Both the position numbers and the translations under genes were made by a program. Shown here piece by piece: positions 18,992-29,036 of a DNA stretch of 60,406 bases; position 1 is the first letter of the stretch; every line of letters starts with the position of its first letter. Under the pieces are notes generated by a model. That model saw nothing but the letters and a program-made list of their open reading frames with translations, had not been told where the DNA came from and ran no database searches. Source of the DNA: Elusimicrobiota bacterium (lineage in GTDB: Bacteria; RUG730; JBDRED01). The stretch spans positions 1 through 60,406 of the forward strand of contig JBDRED010000009.1 in the NCBI GenBank assembly GCA_043820025.1. Direction: 5' to 3'.

Positions 18992-19882
18992 CTAAGCTAA
19001 TGCTTTCATTGCTTCAGGCAAAAATTCAATTATATCGCTGGCAATAAGGCTTTCCTTTCCGTATTTATTTACCGCAAGATCTCCAGCCAAACCGTGAAGA
19101 AAAACGCCATAAGCAATTCTTTTTAATAAGTCTTTCTTTTTCTCAATATCCGGATCTGCGCATAACGCTCCGAGCATACCTGATAACACATCGCCTGTCC
19201 CTGCCGTAGCCATTCCGGAATTGCCTGTAGTATTCTCTATTATATCATTTCCGTCAGAGATTATTGTGTGATATCCTTTTAGCACGCAGATCAAATTATT
19301 GCGCTGCGCTATTTTTTTTACCAAACTTTTCTTTTGTGATTTTATAAAATCCACATCCAAACCTAAAAACCTCGCAAACTCATAATAATGCGGAGTTATC
19401 ACAAGTTTTGATTTATGTTTAATTTGTTTTTCTAAATTTACCATTCCTTCAAACGCGTTTATACCGTCTGCGTCTAATATTGTTGGCAAGGTTACTCTTT
19501 CTATCAAATTTCTAATAAACGCCTTAACTGTTTTATCTTTTGATAACCCGGGCCCAAGCACAACAGACGCCACGCGCCTGGTCTTTATAAAATCAAGTAT
19601 TGTATCCTGCGCTTTGCTTGAAAGCGTTCCGTTTTTAGTTACAGGCATTGGCAGGGTCATTATTTCGGGAATGCTGTTCGCTACTATAGGATAGATTGAC
19701 TCCGGCACAGCGCAGGTTACGAGCCCGGCGCCTGTCCTAAGCGCGGCTAAACCTGCGAGAGAAACACAGCCTGTCATGCTTTTTGAACCTGCAATAACAA
19801 GCACATGGCCATAATCATATTTAGAAGTATCCGGCTTCCTTTTCCCTAAAATACCTTTGAAATATTTTTTTGTTATCTTCAT
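18992..19882 (-). CDS. nnrD: ADP-dependent NAD(P)H-hydrate dehydratase (YjeF C-terminal type)
   Basis: KYDYGHVLVIAGS, GTGDVLSG. I place the start at ATG 19882 (MKITKKYF), which removes the overlap with acpS that the track ORF start (19951) would give. Confidence 0.85.
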   Translation of the reverse strand: MKITKKYFKGILGKRKPDTSKYDYGHVLVIAGSKSMTGCVSLAGLAALRTGAGLVTCAVPESIYPIVANSIPEIMTLPMPVTKNGTLSSKAQDTILDFIKTRRVASVVLGPGLSKDKTVKAFIRNLIERVTLPTILDADGINAFEGMVNLEKQIKHKSKLVITPHYYEFARFLGLDVDFIKSQKKSLVKKIAQRNNLICVLKGYHTIISDGNDIIENTTGNSGMATAGTGDVLSGMLGALCADPDIEKKKDLLKRIAYGVFLHGLAGDLAVNKYGKESLIASDIIEFLPEAMKALA

Positions 19883-19908
19883 ACTTCCCTTATTCCGTAT
19901 TCTATATT

Positions 19909-20259
19909 CTATTTGCAATACACAACATACGCTACCGCATACTTCTCGCAATGCGACAGAGACACTGATAAATAAGATTCATATTTTTTCCAAGAATTCG
20001 TTAAACATACTACCGGCCTGCCGCTATCCTCGTGCGAGATTGTAATATCTTTGAACGGGATATCCCTCTTGCCTAAAGCTTTAATGACCGCTTCTTTTGC
20101 GGCAAATCTTACGGCAAAGTGTTCAGCGTACCTTTTATGTTTATTGCAATAATTTATCTCGTCATCGTTGAAGACCCTTGATGAGAAACTATCATTCTTA
20201 TCAATTAAATCTTTTATTCTTTCAACTTCGATAATATCAACACCTACTTCAATCTTCAT
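19909..20259 (-). CDS. acpS: Holo-[acyl-carrier-protein] synthase
   Basis: 116 aa. GVDIIEVERI, FAAKEAVIKALG. Confidence 0.9.
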   Translation of the reverse strand: MKIEVGVDIIEVERIKDLIDKNDSFSSRVFNDDEINYCNKHKRYAEHFAVRFAAKEAVIKALGKRDIPFKDITISHEDSGRPVVCLTNSWKKYESYLSVSLSHCEKYAVAYVVYCK

Positions 20260-20312
20260 AAAAACCCCGTCTCTTTGCGCGCAGCGCTATATAGATATTT
20301 TACCCCGCATCT

Positions 20313-22166
20313 CTATTCTACAGTTACGCTCTTTGCCAAATTTCTCGGCTGATCAACGTCACAGCCGCGCCTTTCAGCAATATAATAAGCGATAAGTTGA
20401 AGCGGCACAATATTAATAAGAGGAGAAAGCGCTTCAATAGTCTTTGGCATATAGCACACATACTGAACTTTCTGTCCAATTATCTTATCTCCTTTAGTAG
20501 CCAGAGCAAGAATTATTCCGTCACGGGCGCGCGCTTCTGAAATATTTCCAAGCACCTTTTCATACACCCTTGACTCTGTCGCAATCGCCAGCACCGGCAT
20601 ATTTTCATCAATAAGAGCTATGGGGCCATGCTTCATTTCTCCGGCAGGGTACCCTTCAGCGTGTATATACGATATTTCCTTTAGCTTCAACGCGCCTTCA
20701 AGAGCTATCGGATAATTAATATTCCTTCCTATATATAAAAAACTTTGTTTTTTAAAAAAAGCCTTTGCCCATTTTTCTATCTCAGCCGGCGACTGTTTTA
20801 AAACTCGTTCAACCTGTCTTGGAATCCTCATAAGAGCTTCTAAAATCTCCCGGCTTTTATTTTTTGTCATATATTTTTTTCTTCTGCCTAAATATATTCC
20901 AAATAAATATAACGCTAAAAGCTGGCCGGACAACGCCTTAGTAGACGCAACTCCTATCTCAGGCCCGCAGCGCGTATAGATAATATTATCCGCCTCGCGC
21001 GCAATACTGGAATCCACAACATTGCATATAACCAAATTTTTAACCTTACTCTTTTTCGCAGCCTTAAAACTCGCGATTGTGTCAGCTGTTTCGCCGGACT
21101 GGCTGATAGCTATCACAAGCACATCCTTATCCAAAATATGATGCCTGTATCTAAATTCCGAACCAATATCCACCTCACAAGGCACTCCGGCCCATTCCTC
21201 AATAACAAACTTTCCTACCAATGCGGCGTGGTACGATGTGCCGCACGCTAATATTATTATTTTTTTTATAGAATTTATTTCTTTGTCGTTAAATGTCACA
21301 TTTTCCAAAAAAACATCCGCCTTGTTTATATCTATTCTGCCGCGCATTGTGTCGCGAAGTATCTCCGGCTGTTCATGGATCTCCTTTAACATAAAATGCT
21401 TATACCCGCCCTTTTCAGCAAGCACGGGATCCCAGCTTATCGTAGTTATTTTCTTATTTATCTTTTTATTATTTTTATCAAATATGGAGATTTCATTCTC
21501 TTTTAGGAGCGCTGTCTCGTCATCATCCAGAGCAATTATTTTATTAGTGTAAGATAAAACAGCGGGCACATCGGACGCCAAAAATGATTCTTTTTTCCCA
21601 ACGCCGATAATCAAAGGACTGCTTCTGCGCGCCGCTACTATAGTGTGCGGATCATCAGCGCAGATAACGCCTAATGCATACGAGCCTTCCAGCTTTGCAA
21701 CAGCGCTCTGCACAGCCTTAAGAAGCGGCTCGTTTTTTCTTGCTTTTATATTTGCGTAATAATAATTTTCTATAAGGTGCGCGATAATTTCCGTATCTGT
21801 TTCTGAATCAAAGGAATGTTTTTTCTGCAAAGATTTTAGCAGGCCAAGATAGTTTTCAATTATACCGTTATGCACTACTACTATTCTGCCGCTGCAGTCT
21901 GTGTGCGGATGCGCGTTTTCCCACGAAGGCTTGCCATGCGTAGCCCATCTCGTATGCCCAAGGCCTATTCCTGAAGACAAAGATTCGTGCGAAAGAACCT
22001 CTTCAAGATTAATTAGCTTTCCAACACTGCGTTTGACGAACAATTCATCATTTTCTATAACAGCTATACCCGCAGAATCATATCCTCTGTATTCAAGCCG
22101 CTTTAATCCATCAACTAAAACTCTATCAGCTGTTCGCCCGCCGACATAACCGATTATTCCACACAC
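20313..22166 (-). CDS. glmS: Glutamine--fructose-6-phosphate aminotransferase
   Basis: CGIIGYVG N-terminal nucleophile and two SIS domains. GlmS needs Cys directly after the initiator, so the start is GTG 22166-22164, 4 nt after GGGAGG. The track's TTG at 22178 is rejected. Confidence 0.95.
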   Translation of the reverse strand: MCGIIGYVGGRTADRVLVDGLKRLEYRGYDSAGIAVIENDELFVKRSVGKLINLEEVLSHESLSSGIGLGHTRWATHGKPSWENAHPHTDCSGRIVVVHNGIIENYLGLLKSLQKKHSFDSETDTEIIAHLIENYYYANIKARKNEPLLKAVQSAVAKLEGSYALGVICADDPHTIVAARRSSPLIIGVGKKESFLASDVPAVLSYTNKIIALDDDETALLKENEISIFDKNNKKINKKITTISWDPVLAEKGGYKHFMLKEIHEQPEILRDTMRGRIDINKADVFLENVTFNDKEINSIKKIIILACGTSYHAALVGKFVIEEWAGVPCEVDIGSEFRYRHHILDKDVLVIAISQSGETADTIASFKAAKKSKVKNLVICNVVDSSIAREADNIIYTRCGPEIGVASTKALSGQLLALYLFGIYLGRRKKYMTKNKSREILEALMRIPRQVERVLKQSPAEIEKWAKAFFKKQSFLYIGRNINYPIALEGALKLKEISYIHAEGYPAGEMKHGPIALIDENMPVLAIATESRVYEKVLGNISEARARDGIILALATKGDKIIGQKVQYVCYMPKTIEALSPLINIVPLQLIAYYIAERRGCDVDQPRNLAKSVTVE

Positions 22167-22222
22167 ATTGCCTCCCAAAAATACCGGCGCATTTTACCTA
22201 ACGCGAAGCGCCATTACTAAAA

Positions 22223-22948
22223 TCAAATATTTTTATTATTAATTATCTTCTTCATTTCCTGTATCGCCCTTTCGAGTCCTACAAAAACAGCGCGGCTAAT
22301 AATACTATGCCCTATATTTAATTCATGCATTCCTTTAATCTTTGCAACCTGCGCAGTATTAATATAATTAAGGCCATGACCGGCATTTAAAACAAGCCCT
22401 GATTCTATAACATATCTGCCTGCCTCAATAAGCGTTATTAATTCTTCATTAATTTTTTCTTTATTATTAGCGTTCGCGTACGCGCCTGTGTGCAGTTCAA
22501 CAACGCCTGCCCCAACTTCCTTCGACGCTGTTATCTGGCGTTTATCGGGATTAATAAAAAGACTAACGACTGAGCCTGTATTCTGTAATTTCTTAATAAT
22601 CTTCTTAAGCTGTTCCTTATTTCTCTCAACATCCAGCCCGCCCTCAGTCGTTAACTCCGCTCTCTTCTCAGGAACTAAACAAATATTAGCCGGCTTTACG
22701 TCGCATGCTATTTTAATTATTTCTTCTGAAACCGCCATCTCGAGATTTAAAGGAATCTTTAAATTTTTCTTTATTTCATAAACATCATTGTCCTGAATAT
22801 GGCGCCTGTCCTCTCTTAAATGTATTGTTATACCGTCTGCTCCGGCGCGCTCAGCTGTTAATGCCGCTTCAATCACGCTGGGCTCATAGCCAAGCCTTGC
22901 CTGACGCAGAGTCGCAATATGATCTATGTTTATGCCTAATCTAACCAT
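22223..22948 (-). CDS. pdxJ: Pyridoxine 5'-phosphate synthase
   Basis: LGINIDHIATLRQAR, ITIHLREDRRHI, ELHTG. Confidence 0.95.
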   Translation of the reverse strand: MVRLGINIDHIATLRQARLGYEPSVIEAALTAERAGADGITIHLREDRRHIQDNDVYEIKKNLKIPLNLEMAVSEEIIKIACDVKPANICLVPEKRAELTTEGGLDVERNKEQLKKIIKKLQNTGSVVSLFINPDKRQITASKEVGAGVVELHTGAYANANNKEKINEELITLIEAGRYVIESGLVLNAGHGLNYINTAQVAKIKGMHELNIGHSIISRAVFVGLERAIQEMKKIINNKNI

Positions 22949-22951
22949 TTT

Positions 22952-24322
22952 TTATTCCAATTCTTTTTTTATTAATTCCGCGTAGCCGCCAGCCATATCC
23001 TCTATTTCTTCTTTATTCCTGCCTTCAATCATAACCCTCAGTAACGGCTCTGTGCCTGAGTAACGCACATTAATTCTGCCTTCAGAGCCAAGACTATTCT
23101 TAATTGTATTATATCTTTCTTTTAACTTGGGAATTGCCATTATATCTTTCTTTTCTCTCACTTTCACATTGATTAGTATCTGCGGCAATTTTTTTATTAT
23201 TCCGCCTAATTCAGAAAGTCTTTTCCCTTTTTCTTTCACTATTCTTAGTATTTGCAGCGCTGTAAGCATACCATCGCCTGTAACGCTGTAATCTCTAAAA
23301 ATAATATGCCCTGACTGCTCGCCGCCTAAATTTAAATCATTAGTCTTCATGGCCTCATAAACATATCTGTCGCCTACTCCTGTCTCTATGGTCTTAATAC
23401 CCATATCATTCATTGCAAGCTTAAGGCCAAGATTGGTCATAATTGTAATAATGAGAGTATTATTCTTTAGCCTTCCTTGTTCCTTTAATGAAACAGCCGC
23501 GATTGCCATTAAATGATCGCCGTCAAGATCGCTTCCTTTCTCGTCAGTAAAAAGCACTCTGTCTCCGTCGCCGTCAAAAGCAAAACCAAGATCAGCGTTG
23601 TTTTCTCTAACAGACCTCATTATATCTTCTTTATGCAAAGAACCGCAGTCCGCATTAATGTTCTTGCCATTCGGTTTACAATTTATCGCTATAACATCAG
23701 CGCCTAATTCTTGAAAAAAATTTGGCGCAATCTTATAGAGCGCTCCGTTCGCGCAGTCAATCACAACCTTCATGCCTTTTAGGTTAAATTCTTTTGGCAC
23801 AGTAGAGAGTAAAAATTTCTTGTATTCCTCAGACGCCTTTATTGGCCCGGTATTAGTATGATCAAACCCCAGTCTATATTCATCGTCAACATTCGGTATA
23901 TCTGAAGTTTTGTAAAATTCCTGTTCTATCTCATATTCCAAATTATCCGGCAGTTTCTCGCCCGAACCGGAAAAGAATTTAATTCCATTATACTCCCAAG
24001 TATTATGCGACGCTGAAATTACAACTCCGCATATACAGCCTAATTGTTTAACCAAAAAACTTATAGCGGGAGTAGGCGCCACTCCCGCATTATGGATAGT
24101 AAATCCTCCGGACATAAAGCCGCTGCAAAGCGCATCGAATATATGTCCTCGTGACGAGCGGGTATCGCCGCCTATAATAACTCTCTTTGTGGATTTATCA
24201 TTATAATTTTTACTTAAAATACCGGAAGCCGCATAAGCGATTTTTTTTATTGTATCGTCATTTAGCGGATACTCGCCTGCAATGCCTCTAATGCCGTCCG
24301 TGCCAAAAAGCTTTTTTTTCAT
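22952..24322 (-). CDS. glmM: Phosphoglucosamine mutase
   Basis: FGTDGIRG, ISASHNTWEYNGIKF (phosphoserine loop), GGEQSGH. Start taken at ATG 24322 (MKKKLFGTDG). Confidence 0.95.
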   Translation of the reverse strand: MKKKLFGTDGIRGIAGEYPLNDDTIKKIAYAASGILSKNYNDKSTKRVIIGGDTRSSRGHIFDALCSGFMSGGFTIHNAGVAPTPAISFLVKQLGCICGVVISASHNTWEYNGIKFFSGSGEKLPDNLEYEIEQEFYKTSDIPNVDDEYRLGFDHTNTGPIKASEEYKKFLLSTVPKEFNLKGMKVVIDCANGALYKIAPNFFQELGADVIAINCKPNGKNINADCGSLHKEDIMRSVRENNADLGFAFDGDGDRVLFTDEKGSDLDGDHLMAIAAVSLKEQGRLKNNTLIITIMTNLGLKLAMNDMGIKTIETGVGDRYVYEAMKTNDLNLGGEQSGHIIFRDYSVTGDGMLTALQILRIVKEKGKRLSELGGIIKKLPQILINVKVREKKDIMAIPKLKERYNTIKNSLGSEGRINVRYSGTEPLLRVMIEGRNKEEIEDMAGGYAELIKKELE

Positions 24323-24387
24323 AAAATATTCCGTAACCAAAATATTCGCTCAAATAAATTTTCCAATCTAAAAAATTACAAGTGGTC

Positions 24388-25278
24388 TTAACTATATTTA
24401 ACGTAATACCACAATAATAAAGCTAATGCTATTGATACTATCTTTGCGTTTAAATTTTTCTTTAAATTTTCTTCTGACCAGATCCGCCTGCTCCACTTTA
24501 GAAAATTTACCTCATGTTCTTCGTAACACTTGCGTAGTTCTCTCTTTAATTCTTTAAGCCCGACATTCCATGTTATATCGCCGTTCTCAACTATAGAAAC
24601 CTGGCCTGTCTCCTCTGAAACTACTATTACAATAGCGTCCGATACCTCGGTTATGCCAAGCGCGGCTCTATGCCTTGTTCCGACTGTCTTTGGCAGGTCT
24701 TCGCGTTTTGTAAGCGGAAGAAAAGACGCGGCAGACGCGATCTTATCATGTTTAATAATTACTGCTCCATCGTGCAAAGGCGCATACATCATAAATATTG
24801 ACTCTAAAAGCTCAGTTGACACCTCTGCTTCCATAATTACTCCCTGATCAATATATCCCTTAAGCCCAATCTCTCTTTCTAAAACAATTATCGCTCCTGT
24901 TCTGCGCAAAGAAAAAGCCGTAACAGCGGCTATTATACGCTCCATGCTTTCACTGCATATACGGATTGCTGAAAACCTGCCTCTGCCAACAGCCGCCAGC
25001 GCGCTCCTAATCTCAGGCTGAAATATAATAACAGCGGCAATAAGCGCAACTGCCCATAAACTCCTTAAAAGCCATTCCACTATAGTAAAATTAAAAACCT
25101 GAGATATGACTGTGAAAACAAACAGCACTATAATTCCTCTAAGCATGAGCAGCGCGCGGGAATGTTTAATGAGAAGATATGCCCTGTAAAAAATATATGT
25201 AACAATTAAAACATCTAGAGCCTGGACACAAATCGCGCCGAATTGCTTAATTATTTGCATAGTATTTTCAATTTCCAT
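24388..25278 (-). CDS. cdaA: Diadenylate cyclase CdaA with an extra C-terminal hydrophobic segment
   Basis: Three N-terminal TM helices. DAC motifs HDGAVII and GTRHRAALGITEVSDAIVIVVSEETG. A ~40-aa tail ends in KIVSIALALLLWYYV. Confidence 0.9.
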   Translation of the reverse strand: MEIENTMQIIKQFGAICVQALDVLIVTYIFYRAYLLIKHSRALLMLRGIIVLFVFTVISQVFNFTIVEWLLRSLWAVALIAAVIIFQPEIRSALAAVGRGRFSAIRICSESMERIIAAVTAFSLRRTGAIIVLEREIGLKGYIDQGVIMEAEVSTELLESIFMMYAPLHDGAVIIKHDKIASAASFLPLTKREDLPKTVGTRHRAALGITEVSDAIVIVVSEETGQVSIVENGDITWNVGLKELKRELRKCYEEHEVNFLKWSRRIWSEENLKKNLNAKIVSIALALLLWYYVKYS

Positions 25279-26464
25279 TTTTTATTGCTCCTATAATACG
25301 CACTGCTCGATAAGTTTCCAAAACATCGTGCACGCGCAAGACCGGAATATTTTTCATACTTGCGTATACAGACGCCGCAAGCGTTCCTTCAAATCTGTCA
25401 TTGACCGGTAAATTTAAAATATTTCCAATAAATGATTTTTTAGATGTTCCTAAAACTATTGGATATCCCAAAGATTTAAACTCATCTATTCTTCTTAATA
25501 TTTCAAGATTATGCTCGAGAGTCTTTCCAAACCCTATACCCGGATCAATAAATATTGCGTTATCCTTTATTCCTTTTTTAATCGCATATTTAATTCTTTC
25601 GGTAAAAAAACCTAAAATATCAGCTACAACATCGCCATATTTTGGATTTTTTTGCATTGAATGCGGCTCTCCCTGCATATGCATTATTATTACAGGAGTC
25701 TTATACTTAGCCGCAGCATCAACCATTCGCGAGTCAAACCTTAAACCGGAAATATCATTTATTATGTCTGCTCCCGCTTTAATCGCCTTCTCAGCCACAT
25801 CTGCCTTATAGGTATCAATTGATATTGGGATAGAATATTTTTTTCTAATCCTTTTTATCACGGGAATTATTCTTTGCATTTCCTCGTACGATGAAACAGG
25901 TATTGATCCGGGCCTTGTTGACTCACCGCCAATATCCAATATATCCGCTCCATCGGTTATTAAGCTTTTTGCTCTATTAAACGCGTCATCCTCAGAATAA
26001 AATGCGCCTCCGTCGGAGAATGAATCAGGCGTAATATTTAATACGCCCATAATCCGCGTATTCTTACCAAATGTTTTTGTTTTTTTTCCTATTTTTAATT
26101 TCCAATTATTTTTATCGTAATTATTTATTGCGCATTTAATCTGCTTTGCCATGTCGCTAAGCCCATACGGCTGAAACCTAAGCTTTTGCACCAGTTTATT
26201 CAGCTGTTTTATAGTGCCAAGCACAGCGCACGAGTTTTCCCCCTTATCAAACCTGACAACATCCGCATGCACAGCCGCTTCTCCGCCGAGCGAAAGCATT
26301 TCTTGTTTTAAAATAACAGCAGCCTGGTTTTTTATTTTATCAATAACAAGCGCTCTGTGCAGCGCTTTGCCTTTCATGTATCTTACGCCCTCATTTGAAA
26401 CGCCGACTGACTCAAGAAGCCTTGACGAATCGCTTTCATTATTCAGCTCTACTACTCTTATCAT
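25268..26464 (-). CDS. folP: Dihydropteroate synthase with a ~140-aa N-terminal extension
   Basis: The pterin-binding domain begins at MGVLNITPDSFSDGG, with DIGGESTRPG further on. Start taken at ATG 26464 (MIRVVEL, GGGGGA upstream). Confidence 0.9.
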   Translation of the reverse strand: MIRVVELNNESDSSRLLESVGVSNEGVRYMKGKALHRALVIDKIKNQAAVILKQEMLSLGGEAAVHADVVRFDKGENSCAVLGTIKQLNKLVQKLRFQPYGLSDMAKQIKCAINNYDKNNWKLKIGKKTKTFGKNTRIMGVLNITPDSFSDGGAFYSEDDAFNRAKSLITDGADILDIGGESTRPGSIPVSSYEEMQRIIPVIKRIRKKYSIPISIDTYKADVAEKAIKAGADIINDISGLRFDSRMVDAAAKYKTPVIIMHMQGEPHSMQKNPKYGDVVADILGFFTERIKYAIKKGIKDNAIFIDPGIGFGKTLEHNLEILRRIDEFKSLGYPIVLGTSKKSFIGNILNLPVNDRFEGTLAASVYASMKNIPVLRVHDVLETYRAVRIIGAIKNGN

Positions 26465-26546
26465 ATTCCCCCGCCATAAAAGCGTTCCTTCTATCGCGCT
26501 ATTATTGAGCATACGGCAATAATAATTTTATGCGCTTCGCATAACG

Positions 26547-27125
26547 CTAAACGCGTATAAGAGACATTGCTTCTGACCTTGTGCGCGCGTCCTTTAGAAA
26601 AACTCCGCGCATCACAGACGTAACGGTTTTTGATCCCGGTTTTTTTACGCCCCTCATAGTCATGCAAAAATGCTCGGCTTCTATAACAACCATAACGCCC
26701 TGAGGCTCAATCACATTATTAATCGCGTCAGCTATCTGCGTCGTCAATCTTTCTTGAAGCTGCAGTCTTCTTGAGCATGTTTCAACAACGCGCGCTATTT
26801 TAGAAAGGCCCGTGATCTTGTCCTTGTTTGGTATATACGCCACATGTGCCTTACCCACAAAGGGAAGCAAATGGTGCTCGCACATTGAATAAAGAGGAAT
26901 ATCTTTAATTAGAACAATCTCCTCGTAATTTTCCTCTTCGTAATATACCCGGAGATCGTCTTCCGGATTTTTAAAGCTTCCGGCAACGAGCTCCTCATAC
27001 ATCCTCGCAACGCGCTGAGGCGTATTTTTCAGGCCTTCCCTATTAATATTCTCTCCAATAGCCTCGAGAATATCCCTCACAGCTTTTTCTATTTTTGGTT
27101 TATCAATTTTTTTATTTTCCATCAT
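26547..27125 (-). CDS. folE: GTP cyclohydrolase I
   Basis: [21 protein letters not shown]. The start is probably one of the tandem ATGs at 27125/27122, overlapping the ftsH 3' end. Confidence 0.93.
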   Translation of the reverse strand: MMENKKIDKPKIEKAVRDILEAIGENINREGLKNTPQRVARMYEELVAGSFKNPEDDLRVYYEEENYEEIVLIKDIPLYSMCEHHLLPFVGKAHVAYIPNKDKITGLSKIARVVETCSRRLQLQERLTTQIADAINNVIEPQGVMVVIEAEHFCMTMRGVKKPGSKTVTSVMRGVFLKDARTRSEAMSLIRV

Positions 27126-28959
27126 TATTTTCCATATTCTTTTTTTTAGTATTTTTTGCCTCGCCATTATCTATGCCGGCAATTAATTCGTCTAATTCTT
27201 CGCCTTCAATAACCTCGCGCTCAATAAGGCGGTCTACCATTTTTTGTATCGCTTCCTTATTCTCAGAAATATATTTCTTCGCGCGTTCATACGCGTCATC
27301 AATCTCATTCTTTATTTCCTGATCTATAGCCTCGAGCGTTTTATTACTATACTCCCTGGTGCGTGAAATATCCCTGCCAAGAAAAACTTCCTCTTCAGGT
27401 TTTTTATATGTCAAAGGGCCAAGTTTTTTGCTCATGCCAAACTCGCAGACCATCTTTTGCGCGAGCTGAGTAGCCTTATTAAGATCGTCCTGCGCTCCTG
27501 ATGTTATATCATCGCAAAATGTCTCTTCAGCAACGCGCCCGCCCAAAAACACGGTTATCTTGTCGATCATATCTTTACGCGACGTTAGATATTTATCCTC
27601 AGTTGGAAGCTGCAGCGTGTATCCGAGCGCCGGGCCTCTCGGGATTATTGATATCTTATGCACCGGGTCAGCGCCCGGAATCATTTTCGCGACAAATGCA
27701 TGCCCGCATTCGTGGTACGCGACAATTTTTTTCTCGCGTTCAGATATCATTCTGCTTCTGCGTTCAGGGCCTGCTATCACTCTATCTATAGCGTTTTCCA
27801 AATCGTCCATCTCTACAGCTTTCTTATTTTTTCTCGCAGCCAGAAGAGCCCCTTCATTACAAAGATTAGCGAGGTCGCTCCCTACAAAACCGGGTGTTCT
27901 TCTTGCAAGCACGCTCAGGTCTACTTGTTCAGCCAATTTTATATCGCGCGTATGCACTTTTAGTATCTCCTCCCTGCCTTTTAGGTCAGGGCTGGGCACT
28001 GCAATATGCCTGTCAAATCTGCCCGGCCTTAATAGCGCCGGGTCCAGCACATCCGGCCTGTTAGTAGCCGCGATTAATATTACGCCTTCCTTTGTGTCAA
28101 ACCCATCCATCTCAACAAGAATTTGGTTAAGTGTCTGCTCGCGTTCATCATGGCCGCCGCCTATACCTGCGAACCTATGCCTTCCCACAGCGTCAATTTC
28201 ATCAACAAATAATAAACATGGAGCATTTTTTTTGCCTTTATCAAACAGGTCTCTTACTCTTGACGCTCCAACGCCGACAAACATTTCCACAAACTCAGAT
28301 CCGCTGCAGCTAAAGAACGGCACATTTGCTTCTCCTGCCACGGCTTTTGCCAAGAGCGTCTTGCCTGTGCCGGGCGCGCCATACAACAAAACTCCTTTTG
28401 GAATCTTTCCTCCGAGTACCTGAAATTTTTTGGGATTTTTTAGAAATTCAATTATTTCCTCGAGCTCTTCCTTTGATTCATCACAGCCCGCGACATCTTT
28501 GAATGTGATCTTCTTTTCTTTGTCTGTCTGGAGCCGCGCTTTGCTTTTTCCAAAACTCATAGCTTGTTTGCCGCCGCCCTGCATCTGCTTTATCATAAAA
28601 AACCACAATAACGCGAATAGTATTACAGGCCCAAAGTACCACAAAAAATTTGAAAACAATGTGCGGTCTGATTCGCCTCTGTATTCAGGAACATTGTAAG
28701 ATTCAAGCTCCTCTATAAGCTTCGGATCATTCACTGAAACAACCTTATACTTCACTGCCTTGCCTTCCTGCTCATATTCGCCGCGAATCATGTTTGTGCG
28801 TATTATAGCGCTTGTAATCTGTCCTTGTTTAAGAAGCGATTTAAACTCGGAATAACTTACTGTGCGTGTAGCGCCGCCCTGCCCTATGTATGTGGACATA
28901 AGCCACGCGCCGGCAATTATTATAAGCCATAATGAAAGTCCTCTAAAAAATTTATTCAA
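27112..28959 (-). CDS. ftsH: ATP-dependent zinc metalloprotease FtsH
   Basis: [13 protein letters not shown] Walker [15 protein letters not shown] zinc site, two N-terminal TM helices. Confidence 0.97.
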   Translation of the reverse strand: MNKFFRGLSLWLIIIAGAWLMSTYIGQGGATRTVSYSEFKSLLKQGQITSAIIRTNMIRGEYEQEGKAVKYKVVSVNDPKLIEELESYNVPEYRGESDRTLFSNFLWYFGPVILFALLWFFMIKQMQGGGKQAMSFGKSKARLQTDKEKKITFKDVAGCDESKEELEEIIEFLKNPKKFQVLGGKIPKGVLLYGAPGTGKTLLAKAVAGEANVPFFSCSGSEFVEMFVGVGASRVRDLFDKGKKNAPCLLFVDEIDAVGRHRFAGIGGGHDEREQTLNQILVEMDGFDTKEGVILIAATNRPDVLDPALLRPGRFDRHIAVPSPDLKGREEILKVHTRDIKLAEQVDLSVLARRTPGFVGSDLANLCNEGALLAARKNKKAVEMDDLENAIDRVIAGPERRSRMISEREKKIVAYHECGHAFVAKMIPGADPVHKISIIPRGPALGYTLQLPTEDKYLTSRKDMIDKITVFLGGRVAEETFCDDITSGAQDDLNKATQLAQKMVCEFGMSKKLGPLTYKKPEEEVFLGRDISRTREYSNKTLEAIDQEIKNEIDDAYERAKKYISENKEAIQKMVDRLIEREVIEGEELDELIAGIDNGEAKNTKKKNMENNDGK

Positions 28960-29036
28960 CGTGCCTCCCTTATTTGTCGCGCGTTATGCGTCCTCCGCCT
29001 TTGGCGAGACCAAGCGTATGTAATACGTATTATATT

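Noticed and set aside
18992-19951. Longer N-terminal extensions given by the ORF track (nnrD 19951, glmS 22178, glmM 24340, tilS 30458, pfk 31542, trx 43554, TPR 14731, small basic protein 46790, membrane protein 50126, fibre paralogue 2 59055)
   Set aside because: These extensions start at TTG/GTG or at upstream ATGs that create long overlaps with the preceding gene. Internal ATG/GTG codons with Shine-Dalgarno motifs give canonical N-termini.
22167-22222. glmS ribozyme upstream of glmS
   Set aside because: Only 56 nt separate pdxJ from glmS, far too short for the ribozyme core. glmS appears to be co-transcribed with pdxJ.
27560-28423. 287-aa plus-strand ORF, with neighbours 27501-27791, 27658-27963, 28131-28313 and 28430-28699
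   Set aside because: It lies entirely antisense to ftsH, whose identity is unambiguous. The Ser/Leu/Pro-rich low-complexity translation is typical of shadow ORFs, and no motif was recognised.
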